64,000 nt of DNA. Origin: a virus. The notes under the pieces were generated by a model. That model was not told the origin of the DNA. It made no database searches and saw only the letters and a program-made list of their open reading frames with translations. The DNA lies in the IMG/VR virus record IMGVR_UViG_3300010883_008292, positions 12,617-76,616 of that record; one strand, written 5' to 3'. Position numbers and translations under genes: made by a program. This document shows positions 11,194 to 20,203 of this stretch, piece after piece (the stretch's first letter is position 1; each line of letters opens with the position of its first letter).

Positions 11194-11466
11194 ATGGCAG
11201 AAGATTTAGATCAAAGTAAAGAAATTAATGATATGTTAGACAACATGATAGCTGGTAAAGCATCAGATGTCCAAACAGACTTTAATAGCTTAATGCAAGA
11301 TAGGACAAACCATGCAATGGATGTACAAAGAGTTGAAACAGCAAAACAGATGTTTCATCCTCAGAGTGTAGCACCAGAGGGTATTCCTATAGAAGGTGAA
11401 CCATTAGAATTAGTGGATATTGATCCAACAACAGGTATACCTGTTGGAAACGAGACAACAGATTGA
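11194..11466 (+). CDS. Small acidic prohead core protein (gp67-like by position)
   Basis: Acidic 90-aa ORF immediately after the portal gene. Confidence 0.5.
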   Translation: MAEDLDQSKEINDMLDNMIAGKASDVQTDFNSLMQDRTNHAMDVQRVETAKQMFHPQSVAPEGIPIEGEPLELVDIDPTTGIPVGNETTD

Positions 11467-11771
11467 GAACGTTTAACGATTTTAGAGCAGGAGTTATTAC
11501 CGAAGCTCCTACCGATGGTGTTGCAAAAGGCTCACTAGAAGGCGATAAGCACATGTGCGCTAGTAAAATCTTTCACAAAGAGTGGAAGGAAGGCAAAACT
11601 ATTATAGGTGAACATGCAGAACCAGATGCATATGGAAAAATTAGCTGGTATAAAGTTATGTTTGAACACGGTATAGAAAAAGTTGAAGTGGATGATGAGG
11701 ACGTAAAGGTTCTTGAAGAGAATAAACATATTAACCACAGTAATAAAAAGAAATATAACTTACCAACATAG
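11463..11771 (+). CDS. Putative internal head protein
   Basis: N-terminus MRTFNDFRAGVITE resembles a T4 capsid-targeting sequence with an I-x-E gp21 cleavage site; lies in the head operon. Confidence 0.5.
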   Translation: MRTFNDFRAGVITEAPTDGVAKGSLEGDKHMCASKIFHKEWKEGKTIIGEHAEPDAYGKISWYKVMFEHGIEKVEVDDEDVKVLEENKHINHSNKKKYNLPT

Positions 11772-11779
11772 GAAAACAA

Positions 11780-12205
11780 ATGGCAGTCACAGTAAACAAC
11801 TTAAAATTAACTCAAGTCCAGGGCGTGGTTAGTGTTAGGGGGACTGCAGCGACAGGAACAATAGCTTTAGCAACAACACTAAAGAAGTCTTCTGAAACGC
11901 AAAGCTCCCCAGCAGTAAACATTAAAGGGCTTCATTGGACATTGTCTAGCGGAGCAAGTGCTAAAGTGCAAAGAAACTCCGTTGTTCTATACGAACTATA
12001 TGAAAACGGTCAACAAGACTTTTACGGTTTTAGCGACAATTCAGAAAATACAAGCGATATACTGGTTGTAATAGCAGGAGGCGATGGCGGAACAGTCATA
12101 GTTGATTGTGCTAAAGTATCTGGATATGGTTCACAACAACATCAAGACGCACCACTAGACACTGACGATGCAGGAAGTGTGTATGATGGTGGTACATTAG
12201 GATAG
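11780..12205 (+). CDS. Hypothetical head-module protein
   Basis: Intact 141-aa ORF with RBS between the portal and protease genes. Confidence 0.6.
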   Translation: MAVTVNNLKLTQVQGVVSVRGTAATGTIALATTLKKSSETQSSPAVNIKGLHWTLSSGASAKVQRNSVVLYELYENGQQDFYGFSDNSENTSDILVVIAGGDGGTVIVDCAKVSGYGSQQHQDAPLDTDDAGSVYDGGTLG

Positions 12206-12209
12206 AACA

Positions 12210-12869
12210 ATGAGACTAATTAAAGAATTTAACGAAAGTATTAATTACATTACAGAAGAGAGTAAGGATCCTAAGAAACCTAACATATTCATCGAAGGTG
12301 TATTTTTACAAGCAGATATAAAGAACAAAAACGGCCGTGTATATCCGAGATATACTATGCAGCGAGAAGTAGCGCGTTATGTTAAAGAAAACATTTTAAC
12401 AAAACGAGCTTATGGAGAGTTAGGACATCCTGACGGACCAACGGTTAATTTAGACCGTGTATCGCACATGATTACATCTCTAAAAGAAGACGGCAACAAT
12501 TTTATCGGGAGGGCGAAGATAATGGACACGCCTATGGGTAAGATTGTAAAAGAACTCATAAGCGAAGGTGCTCAACTAGGTGTTAGTTCACGTGGTTTAG
12601 GATCTTTGAAAGAGAGAAACGGCATTAACGAAGTACAAGATGACTTTATGTTAGCAACAGCAGCAGATATTGTTGCTGATCCTAGCGCCCCAGACGCTTT
12701 TGTTAGCGGCATAATGGAAGGAAAGGAATGGGTTTTTGTTAATGGTAAATGGACAGAACAAGATATTGAAGAAGCTAGAGCCACTATTTCTGGTGCTAAT
12801 TCAGCACATTTAGAAGAAGAAAAGCTCCAAGTCTTTAACAATTTCTTAAATAAACTGTCCAAAATCTAA
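12210..12869 (+). CDS. gp21: Prohead core protease
   Basis: IEGVFLQA..KNKNGRVYP, GELGHP, LGVSSRGLGSL, DIVADPSAPDAFV motifs. Confidence 0.97.
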   Translation: MRLIKEFNESINYITEESKDPKKPNIFIEGVFLQADIKNKNGRVYPRYTMQREVARYVKENILTKRAYGELGHPDGPTVNLDRVSHMITSLKEDGNNFIGRAKIMDTPMGKIVKELISEGAQLGVSSRGLGSLKERNGINEVQDDFMLATAADIVADPSAPDAFVSGIMEGKEWVFVNGKWTEQDIEEARATISGANSAHLEEEKLQVFNNFLNKLSKI

Positions 12870-12885
12870 TAGAAGTCTTAATAAC

Positions 12886-12893
12886 TATAAATA
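12886..12893 (+). promoter_or_regulatory. T4-type late promoter for gp22
   Basis: Intergenic TATAAATA. Confidence 0.85.
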
Positions 12894-12945
12894 GTTTATT
12901 AGATTATATTAAAACTAGATAATCCGAAAAATAAGGAGAGAAGAA

Positions 12946-14250
12946 ATGGGAGTAGAATCCAAAATCAGAGAACTGCTTGAAGGAAAGCTTCAGGACGCTA
13001 CCGTAGCAGTGATAGATGAACAGGAAGCAGGAGACAGAATCTCGCCTATGCAAGGTTCCAGCTCTAAAGCTAACTTACCAACATCTACAGCGGACCCACA
13101 CCGTCCGTTGGACAAAACAGCTGGTGACAAAACTAATCCTTTACAAGGTAATTCCAATCCAAACCCTGAACAGCAAGACCTTAGCGGTACTAGCAATCCA
13201 GAAGGCGGATTAACAAGCCCAGTAGGCAAAGCAGCTTCCGATAAAGCTTCTAAGGCTCCTGGACTAGAAGGCGCAGGCGCTGGTAAAGCCCCTAACTTTA
13301 ATGACCAAGAAGATGCTCGTTCAGTCGTAAACCAACCTAGCTCAGCAGGCAACAGAGGACCTGTTGGCGAGAGCGAAGAAGGCAACGATGAAGCAACTTT
13401 AGAGGAAGAAGAAGTAGCAGAGGAAGAAACTGTAGAGGAAGAAGAAGTAACAGCAGAGGCAGAAGAAGTCATAGCAGAAGAAGAAGAAACTGAAGAAGAA
13501 GCTGAAGCTTCCGAAACACTTTTTGAAGAAGACATTGCTAACTTGTTTGCCGACGAAGAGCATCTTTCAGAAGAATTCAAAACAAAAGCAGCCTCATTGT
13601 TTGAGACTGTCGTTGTAGCTAGAGTCAATCAACAAATAGATTCCATAGAGGATTCACTTGTTGAGGAAGCCAATAAGGCTTTTGAAGAAGCTAAAGAAAA
13701 GCTAGTAGAAAACATTGACAAATATCTCAGTTATGTAACTGAGCAATGGATGTCAGAGAATGAACTAGCTGTTGAGAATGGCCTGAGGAATGAAATAACT
13801 GAGAGCTTTATTAAAGATCTTAAAGAAACGTTCCAAAACCATTACATCGATGTCCCTGAAGACAAATTCGATGTACTAACAACTCAACAAAAGGAAATAG
13901 ACGAATTAAAATCTAAGTTAGACGAAGAGATTAATAAGTCTGTGGAAATCAGCGAAGACAGAGAACAACTACAAAAGGAACGGGTATTCCATTCCGTGGT
14001 TAACGATCTAGCTGAAACAGAAGTGGAAAAGTTTGCAACTTTAGTGGCTGACGTAAGTTATGACACCGAAGATTTGTATACTCAGAAACTAAATGTTATC
14101 AAGGAAAACTATTTTCCTAAGGCGAAAGTTGATGATAGCGATAAGCTAGAAGATAGCGTTGATCAGGGAGCATTAGACGACGGAACAGTGATGAGCAAAT
14201 ATGTACAAGGTATTACTCAAGCTACTAAGTTTTCTGATGTTAAAGGTTAA
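12946..14250 (+). CDS. gp22: Prohead core scaffold protein with a long low-complexity, Glu-rich N-terminal extension
   Basis: LSEEFKTKAASLFE, YV.EQWM.ENELAVE.GLR.EI.ESF, KL..IKENYF motifs. Confidence 0.93.
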   Translation: MGVESKIRELLEGKLQDATVAVIDEQEAGDRISPMQGSSSKANLPTSTADPHRPLDKTAGDKTNPLQGNSNPNPEQQDLSGTSNPEGGLTSPVGKAASDKASKAPGLEGAGAGKAPNFNDQEDARSVVNQPSSAGNRGPVGESEEGNDEATLEEEEVAEEETVEEEEVTAEAEEVIAEEEETEEEAEASETLFEEDIANLFADEEHLSEEFKTKAASLFETVVVARVNQQIDSIEDSLVEEANKAFEEAKEKLVENIDKYLSYVTEQWMSENELAVENGLRNEITESFIKDLKETFQNHYIDVPEDKFDVLTTQQKEIDELKSKLDEEINKSVEISEDREQLQKERVFHSVVNDLAETEVEKFATLVADVSYDTEDLYTQKLNVIKENYFPKAKVDDSDKLEDSVDQGALDDGTVMSKYVQGITQATKFSDVKG

Positions 14251-14263
14251 AAATTAAATTTTT

Positions 14264-14271
14264 TATAAATA
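14264..14271 (+). promoter_or_regulatory. T4-type late promoter for gp23
   Basis: Intergenic TATAAATA. Confidence 0.85.
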
Positions 14272-14315
14272 ATTAGGTTATAAAATATAACAAACGTAAA
14301 AACAAGGAGAAACTG

Positions 14316-15581
14316 ATGTATCTTTCAGAAGAACTACAGAAAAAGTGGCAGCCCGTATTAGAGCATCCAGATCTACAAGAGATCTCGGATCCTTATAAGC
14401 GTGCGGTTACGACAGTGGTCCTTGAAAATCAGGAGAAAGCTCTCCGTGAGGAGAAGGAATCCCTTTTCGAGGCAACCCACACAAACCAAACAGGCGCAGG
14501 CGTAAACAACTACGATCCGATATTAATATCGTTAGTACGACGTGCACTGCCCAACCTTATGGCTTATGACGTTTGTGGTGTACAACCAATGTCAGGTCCG
14601 ACAGGTCTTATCTTCGCAATGAAGTCACACTATGCTACTATGAGTGGCACAGAGGCTTTATTTAACGAAGCAGACACAGACTTTTCGGGTGCAGGAACAC
14701 ACGCTGGAGCGAATCCAGTAGACGGTTCTTACACAACTGGCACACCAGTATCCACAAGCACTGCAGAAGGCTTCGGAGACTCAACTACCCTAAATGAAAT
14801 GGCGTTTTCAATCGAGAAGACAACTGTTACTGCTAAATCAAGAGCATTGAAAGCAGAATATACAGTTGAACTTGCACAAGATTTGAAAGCTGTTCATGGG
14901 TTAGATGCAGAATCTGAACTAAGTAATATTCTTTCACAAGAAATACTTGCAGAAATTAACCGTGAGGTTATTAGAACTATCTACAAAGTAGCAAAAACAG
15001 GCTCAGCCTCTACTGCTACAGCTGGTACTTTCGACTTAGATGTCGACAGTAACGGAAGATGGTCCGTAGAAAGATTTAAAGGTCTATTGTTTAACATTGA
15101 ACGCGATGCTAACGTAATTGCACAAGACACAAGACGTGGAAAAGGTAATTTTATTATCTGTTCTTCAGACGTGGCGAGTGCGCTTGCAATGGCTGGTGTT
15201 TTAGACTATGCTCCGGCATTATCAACAAACTTAAACGTTGATGACACAGGTAATACATTTGCCGGCGTTCTAAACGGTCGTTACAGAGTTTACATAGATC
15301 CTTACTCAGCAAACACAGGAGCTGCTAGCCAGTTCTATGTTGCTGGTTATAAAGGCACAAGCCCTTATGACGCAGGTCTTTTCTACTGTCCATATGTCCC
15401 ACTTCAAATGGTTAGGGCGATAGACCCTAGCACATTCCAACCTAAGATTGGTTTCAAGACTAGGTATGGCATGATTGCTAACCCATTTGTAATGCAGGCA
15501 GACGGAACGACTGACGGTGATACTTTCACTGCAGACCGTAACCAGTATTATAGATCAGTAAAAGTTACAAACTTAATGTAA
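14316..15581 (+). CDS. gp23: Major capsid protein
   Basis: KWQPVLEH, YDPILISLVRRA.PNL.AYDVCGVQPM.GPTGLIFAM, SRALKAEYT.ELAQDLKA.HGLDAE, FQPKIGFKTRYG motifs. Confidence 0.99.
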   Translation: MYLSEELQKKWQPVLEHPDLQEISDPYKRAVTTVVLENQEKALREEKESLFEATHTNQTGAGVNNYDPILISLVRRALPNLMAYDVCGVQPMSGPTGLIFAMKSHYATMSGTEALFNEADTDFSGAGTHAGANPVDGSYTTGTPVSTSTAEGFGDSTTLNEMAFSIEKTTVTAKSRALKAEYTVELAQDLKAVHGLDAESELSNILSQEILAEINREVIRTIYKVAKTGSASTATAGTFDLDVDSNGRWSVERFKGLLFNIERDANVIAQDTRRGKGNFIICSSDVASALAMAGVLDYAPALSTNLNVDDTGNTFAGVLNGRYRVYIDPYSANTGAASQFYVAGYKGTSPYDAGLFYCPYVPLQMVRAIDPSTFQPKIGFKTRYGMIANPFVMQADGTTDGDTFTADRNQYYRSVKVTNLM

Positions 15582-15611
15582 ATTAAGTAGTAACCTTTAA
15601 GGTTCAACATT

Positions 15612-15640
15612 AAAACACCCGCTTTCGCGGGTGTTTTTTT
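15612..15640. terminator. Bidirectional rho-independent terminator
   Basis: aaaacacccgc-tttc-gcgggtgttttttt, between the convergent gp23 and minus-strand ORF. Confidence 0.9.
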
Positions 15641-15651
15641 GTCTAAAATAT

Positions 15652-15867
15652 CTATTTTAGGTTAACGAACTCGTTAAATTGTTTTGCAACTTCAATAACA
15701 TCTTGTGCAGTGATAGATCTAACTGGTAGATCTTTTTTACTCTCTGGATGATTGTCGTTGAATAGGTGTGTAGCATCTGTCTCTTTATTGATATTACTCT
15801 CTAAAAGGCCTTCTGCTAAACTAAGTAGGTCGGCTCGGATCTCGAACCCTGATTTATTATCTGACAT
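15652..15867 (-). CDS. Small hypothetical protein (MSDNKSGFEIRADLL...)
   Basis: GGAG RBS before the ATG at 15867, its own minus-strand late promoter and a shared terminator. Confidence 0.75.
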   Translation of the reverse strand: MSDNKSGFEIRADLLSLAEGLLESNINKETDATHLFNDNHPESKKDLPVRSITAQDVIEVAKQFNEFVNLK

Positions 15868-15910
15868 TATATTCTCCTGTGTGTGTGTCATGTCCAACAT
15901 TGGACAAAAC

Positions 15911-15971
15911 TATTTATACAAAAGGTATTCAACCTTCTTTACATATGGTTACAAAGAAAGTATTATAAATA
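15911..15971. promoter_or_regulatory. Divergent pair of T4 late promoters
   Basis: tatttata at 15911-15918 (TATAAATA on the minus strand) and TATAAATA at 15964-15971 on the plus strand. Confidence 0.8.
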
Positions 15972-15992
15972 CTATTATATAACGGAGGCCGT

Positions 15993-16421
15993 ATGGCGTA
16001 TAGTAAGAAAGTAATAGATAGATTCGAATCGGTATTAAACAACCCACACAAACACGCAGTTGGCAGATTTGATCCTAATGATCCAGATGTAGCTACAGGA
16101 ATGACAGGAGCCCCAGCATGTGGTGATGTCATGAAGTTAGATCTTAAATTAGATCCCGAAACGGATACAATTTTAGATGTGAAATTTAAGACTTATGGTT
16201 GTGGCTCAGCAATAGCGAGCTCAACATTGTTTGTGGAGATGCTTAAGGGTAGGACTATTGAACAAGCTAAACTTATTAAAGATAAGGATATAGCTAAAGC
16301 ACTAGAATTACCAGCCATTAAGTTACATTGTTCTGTATTAGCAGAAGCTAGTATTAATCAAGCAATCACACATTGGGAACAGAAGAAAGAGGCTCGTAAC
16401 CATAACGGAGGACCTGAGTGA
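15993..16421 (+). CDS. iscU: Fe-S cluster scaffold protein
   Basis: MAYS.KVID, GAPACGDVMKL, KFKTYGCGSAIASS, LPAIKLHCSVLAE (three Cys ligands and an LPPVK-like motif). Confidence 0.95.
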   Translation: MAYSKKVIDRFESVLNNPHKHAVGRFDPNDPDVATGMTGAPACGDVMKLDLKLDPETDTILDVKFKTYGCGSAIASSTLFVEMLKGRTIEQAKLIKDKDIAKALELPAIKLHCSVLAEASINQAITHWEQKKEARNHNGGPE

Positions 16422-16738
16422 ATATAGATTTTACTGATGATGCTCTGGTGAAAGCTATAGAAAAGATAGAAACAAATAATAAAGCAGGCATACGCTTTGC
16501 TTTAGACGGTGGCGGGTGTGCAGGATATCAATATGATTTTAATTATGCTGATGGGCCTGAAGAGAGTGATGTTGAACTTGATTTTGGAAAATTTAAGATG
16601 TGGATAGATGCAATGTCAGAAAATTATTTAGATGGTACAGTTATCAGTTGGAAAAAAGAAGGATTAAACGAAGGGTTTCATTTTAATAACCCATCAGAAG
16701 TATCATCATGTGGGTGTGGAGTATCAGTACAATTTTAA
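16418..16738 (+). CDS. iscA: A-type Fe-S carrier protein (IscA/HesB family)
   Basis: GGCAG.QY, F.FNNP, SSCGCG.S motifs. Confidence 0.92.
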   Translation: MNIDFTDDALVKAIEKIETNNKAGIRFALDGGGCAGYQYDFNYADGPEESDVELDFGKFKMWIDAMSENYLDGTVISWKKEGLNEGFHFNNPSEVSSCGCGVSVQF

Positions 16739-16741
16739 ATC

Positions 16742-16897
16742 ATGGCATACATAGGAAAGTTTAAAGCAAACACACCAACAAGGAAGTGTTCGAGTCAAGG
16801 CCAAGGAGGCAGAGGAAGAAGAACAAAAATTTCTACAAGTACAATGAACAAGAATAGAAGACGAAGCTATAAAAAATATAAAGGACAAGGTAAATGA
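16742..16897 (+). CDS. Small highly basic protein (51 aa, MAYIGKFKANTPTRKCSSQGQGGRGRRTK...KKYKGQGK); below the ORF-track cutoff
   Basis: Translated by hand; fills the gap between iscA and gp3 with an ATGA overlap. Confidence 0.65.
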   Translation: MAYIGKFKANTPTRKCSSQGQGGRGRRTKISTSTMNKNRRRSYKKYKGQGK

Positions 16898-17790
16898 CAA
16901 CAACGAACATTAGCAATGTATCAGAGGCAAGTTGGAGTAGTAATAATCCTAATGAACTGGATTATTTAAGACCCAATGCCTTTAAATTTCAGATACACAA
17001 CATTCCTAACGTGTCTTACTTTTGTCAAGCAGCAAACATTCCAGAAATGAATCTACCACCTGCTGTTATGTCAACGCCACTTGTTGATATACCTTTTGCA
17101 GGAGACAAATTAGACTTTGGTACGTTAATGATACGATTCTTAATACAAGAAGACATGAAAAACTTTAAAGAGCTATATGACTGGCTTGTTGGATTAGGAT
17201 TTCCAGAATCACATGCACAATATTCAACTTTTGGAAAGAGTCAGGAGTATAGGTTCCCTGATATAAGTCCTACTAAACAAAAGGCACTAGGCCAACACTC
17301 AGACGCAAGTTTATTTCTATTAGACTCAAACAACAATCCACTTTCTCAAATTATATTTAGAGACGCCTTCCCTATTAGTTTACAGGGGTTAGACTTTGAA
17401 ATTTCAACAGGACAAACAGACTATATGGTAGGTGTTGCCATGTTTAGATACAAAGACTATGTAATTGAAACATCAACACAACCGGTTTCGTTTGTGGCTA
17501 GTAATATAGGACCAACCATTACATCATCAGCTTACTGGTGGGCAGCAGAGAACCAAACAGCTATTGGTACCATCGTGGCTACTGATCCTGAAAATAATAC
17601 ACTAGCATATACCGTAACAGGTACAGACGCAGGCGCTTTAACACTCAACTCAACGACAGGAGTATTAACGTTTACTACTGCACCAAATTTTGAAGTGAAG
17701 AGTAGCTATAAAGCAACAATCAACGTTACCGACGGCTCATTTACAGCAAAACAGAACATCATTATTACAGTTACTGACGTCGCCGAATAA
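16894..17790 (+). CDS. gp3: Tail completion protein with a C-terminal cadherin-like domain
   Basis: YLRPNAFKF.I..IPNVSYFCQ.ANIP, F..L.IRFLI.EDM.N..ELYDWL, F.DAFPISL N-domain; C-terminal EN...GT..ATDPE...Y...G.D...G.L.F..APNFE...Y...V.DG....I.VTDV.E cadherin pattern. Confidence 0.85.
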   Translation: MTTTNISNVSEASWSSNNPNELDYLRPNAFKFQIHNIPNVSYFCQAANIPEMNLPPAVMSTPLVDIPFAGDKLDFGTLMIRFLIQEDMKNFKELYDWLVGLGFPESHAQYSTFGKSQEYRFPDISPTKQKALGQHSDASLFLLDSNNNPLSQIIFRDAFPISLQGLDFEISTGQTDYMVGVAMFRYKDYVIETSTQPVSFVASNIGPTITSSAYWWAAENQTAIGTIVATDPENNTLAYTVTGTDAGALTLNSTTGVLTFTTAPNFEVKSSYKATINVTDGSFTAKQNIIITVTDVAE

Positions 17791-17806
17791 ACGGTACTCT
17801 TGCCAC

Positions 17807-17835
17807 TTGATTCTTAGTTAGTAACCAACTATACT
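17807..17835 (+). promoter_or_regulatory. Sigma70-type early/middle promoter for uvsY
   Basis: TTGATT-N17-TATACT. Confidence 0.65.
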
Positions 17836-17841
17836 ATACAT

Positions 17842-18285
17842 ATGATTACATTAAATGAACTGCAGGACATGTGGGTTGAGGATTGTAAAATTGATGATCT
17901 CAATTTAGGTCCGGAGTCTACGAAAACACCTGAACTACATGCTAAATACCTAAACATGTTATCCACGTTCAAATTAACATCACGCAAAAACAAATCCAAT
18001 TTACTATCTTTACGACGCGTCAAGTGGCAGTATTATCGAGGTGAATTGACACAACCAGAACTTAACAACTTAGGGTGGGATCAGTACCTAGGCAACGCTC
18101 CTTTGAATAATCAAATGAATGACTTCTTAGACACTGACCCTGATGTTATTAAACTAACTGATAAAGTCGAGTATATAGACACTTGTATAACCCTCTGTGA
18201 GGGTGTTATGAGGTCCTTAAATAGCCGTTCCTTTGATATTAAAAACGCTATTGAGTGGACCAAGTTTACGAACGGCCTTTTATAG
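17842..18285 (+). CDS. uvsY: Recombination mediator
   Basis: W..D.KID...L..ES..TP.LHAKYL, YY.G, R.FDIKNAIEW.KF motifs. Confidence 0.93.
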   Translation: MITLNELQDMWVEDCKIDDLNLGPESTKTPELHAKYLNMLSTFKLTSRKNKSNLLSLRRVKWQYYRGELTQPELNNLGWDQYLGNAPLNNQMNDFLDTDPDVIKLTDKVEYIDTCITLCEGVMRSLNSRSFDIKNAIEWTKFTNGLL

Positions 18286-18324
18286 TGGTAAAAAAATGAC
18301 GACCTTTTTGGAGCAAAAAAAGTT

Positions 18325-19782
18325 TTGATAAAAGTAAAACAAAAAGATTCAGTATATCTTAGAATAGATACAGACTTGAGTACTGATCAAGAGATATCAG
18401 ACTTTTTTACCTTCGATGTTCCTGGTGCTAAGTTCATGCCACTATACAGAAATAGAATGTGGGACGGAAAGGCTAGACTATATAGCATGTACACGAAAGA
18501 ATTATATGTAGGGTTACTACCTTACTTAAAGGACTTTGCTAATACATTAGAATATGAAATGGAAGTAGACGTAGATGATATTAGTGAACAAACAGATGTA
18601 AAACTATTAACAGACTCATTAAGGTTACAAGCAAATGGCAAAAGAATTCAAATTAGGGACTATCAGAGGCACGCGGTTGATCATTGTATTAGAGAAGGTA
18701 GATCTTTACTTCTATCTCCCACTGCTAGTGGTAAGTCTCTCATTATATATTCTCTTATAAGGTATCACCAAGCAAGAGGACGCAAGCAACTTATTGTAGT
18801 ACCAACAACATCATTAGTAGAACAGATGTATGGTGACTTCGAGGATTATGCTAGTGCAGATCCGTGGAAGGTATCAGAAAACTGTCATAGAATATATGGA
18901 GGCAAGGAAAAGAGTAATGAATGGCCAATAACTATTAGTACATGGCAATCAATATACAAGTATCCAAAAGCATGGTTCAAAGACTTTGATGTATTCTATG
19001 GTGACGAGGCTCATTTATTTAAGGCTAAATCACTTACAACTTTAATGAATAAATGTACTAACACACCCTATAGGATCGGGACTACGGGTACATTAGACGG
19101 TACTAAGACTCATAAGTTAGTATTAGAAGGCACGTTTGGACCTGTACATAAGGTAACAACTACTAAAAAACTAATGGACGACAAACAGCTAGCCACTTTA
19201 AAAATAATATGTTGTACATTAAATTATAAAGATGCTGAAAAGAAAGATATGAAAAAGAAAACATATCAAGAAGAGATAGATTGGCTTGTTACTAATCCTC
19301 AGCGAAATGAGATCATTAGAAACTTAACGATAGCACAAGACGGCAATACATTATTACTATTTCAGTTCGTAGAAAAGCATGGAAGGGTATTATATGATAT
19401 GCTTAAAGGTGAAGATCGTTCTGTGTTCTTTGTACATGGCGGAACAGATACACAAACAAGGGAAGAAATAAGAGCATTAACAGAAAAAGAAGAGGACGCA
19501 ATCATTGTCGCTTCGTACGGTACATTTTCTACGGGTATAAATATAAGGAACCTACATAATATTGTCTTTGCCTCTCCTAGTAAGAGTAGAATTAGAAATT
19601 TACAATCAATTGGAAGAGGACTTCGTAGAGGAGACAAAAAGGTTGTATGTAACTTGTTTGATATTGGTGATGACTTATCGTGGAAATCACACAAGAATTA
19701 TACATTGAATCATTTAATAGAACGTATTAAACTCTATAACGAAGAAGGGTTTAATTATAAATTGGTGAAAATAAATGTCTAA
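18325..19782 (+). CDS. uvsW: SF2 DNA helicase
   Basis: FTFDVPGAKFMP.YR...WDGK, SPTASGKS, DEAH, GTTGT, QSIGRGLR motifs; TTG start. Confidence 0.96.
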   Translation: MIKVKQKDSVYLRIDTDLSTDQEISDFFTFDVPGAKFMPLYRNRMWDGKARLYSMYTKELYVGLLPYLKDFANTLEYEMEVDVDDISEQTDVKLLTDSLRLQANGKRIQIRDYQRHAVDHCIREGRSLLLSPTASGKSLIIYSLIRYHQARGRKQLIVVPTTSLVEQMYGDFEDYASADPWKVSENCHRIYGGKEKSNEWPITISTWQSIYKYPKAWFKDFDVFYGDEAHLFKAKSLTTLMNKCTNTPYRIGTTGTLDGTKTHKLVLEGTFGPVHKVTTTKKLMDDKQLATLKIICCTLNYKDAEKKDMKKKTYQEEIDWLVTNPQRNEIIRNLTIAQDGNTLLLFQFVEKHGRVLYDMLKGEDRSVFFVHGGTDTQTREEIRALTEKEEDAIIVASYGTFSTGINIRNLHNIVFASPSKSRIRNLQSIGRGLRRGDKKVVCNLFDIGDDLSWKSHKNYTLNHLIERIKLYNEEGFNYKLVKINV

Positions 19783-20194
19783 ACAAGAAATAAGCATCAT
19801 TAAATTGATGGACGGCTCAACGTTAGTCGGTAAAATTAGTTATGGAGAAGACGTGGTAAATATAGAACACCCTATTGAGTTAGTACCCCAAGTGGTACCT
19901 ACACCAGGTGGTTTTATCGGCGAAGCAATTAATTTAAGGCCTTGGATAGCAGTGGCAGAAGAGCAGGCGTTTCAAATAGAACGTAGTAATGTTATTACAG
20001 TAGCAAATTTACAAGCAAACTTTATCCCTGGCTATCATAGAATGGTTAAGTCAATATATTTTGGCAGGCCTGAGTGGCGTGGAGACTTCATAGAAGATAA
20101 CAACGATTTTGAAATTGAAGAGCAACTACAAGAATTAGATTTAGAAACATTAGAAGAACTAGCAATTGCGGTTATAGAAAAGAAAATACATTAG
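19775..20194 (+). CDS. Hypothetical protein (Sm-like barrel?) at the uvsW-gp55 position
   Basis: IIKLMDGSTLVG...IEHP...LRPWI pattern; synteny. Confidence 0.6.
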   Translation: MSKQEISIIKLMDGSTLVGKISYGEDVVNIEHPIELVPQVVPTPGGFIGEAINLRPWIAVAEEQAFQIERSNVITVANLQANFIPGYHRMVKSIYFGRPEWRGDFIEDNNDFEIEEQLQELDLETLEELAIAVIEKKIH

Positions 20195-20203
20195 GAGTAT
20201 ATT

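Noticed and set aside
12990-13628. 212-aa Ser-rich minus-strand ORF
   Set aside because: Mirror image of the GAA-rich tract in gp22.
15877-15888. (TG)n microsatellite as a phase-variation tract
   Set aside because: Only about 5 units, forming the ACACAC-AGGAG leader of the minus-strand gene; too short to support slippage.
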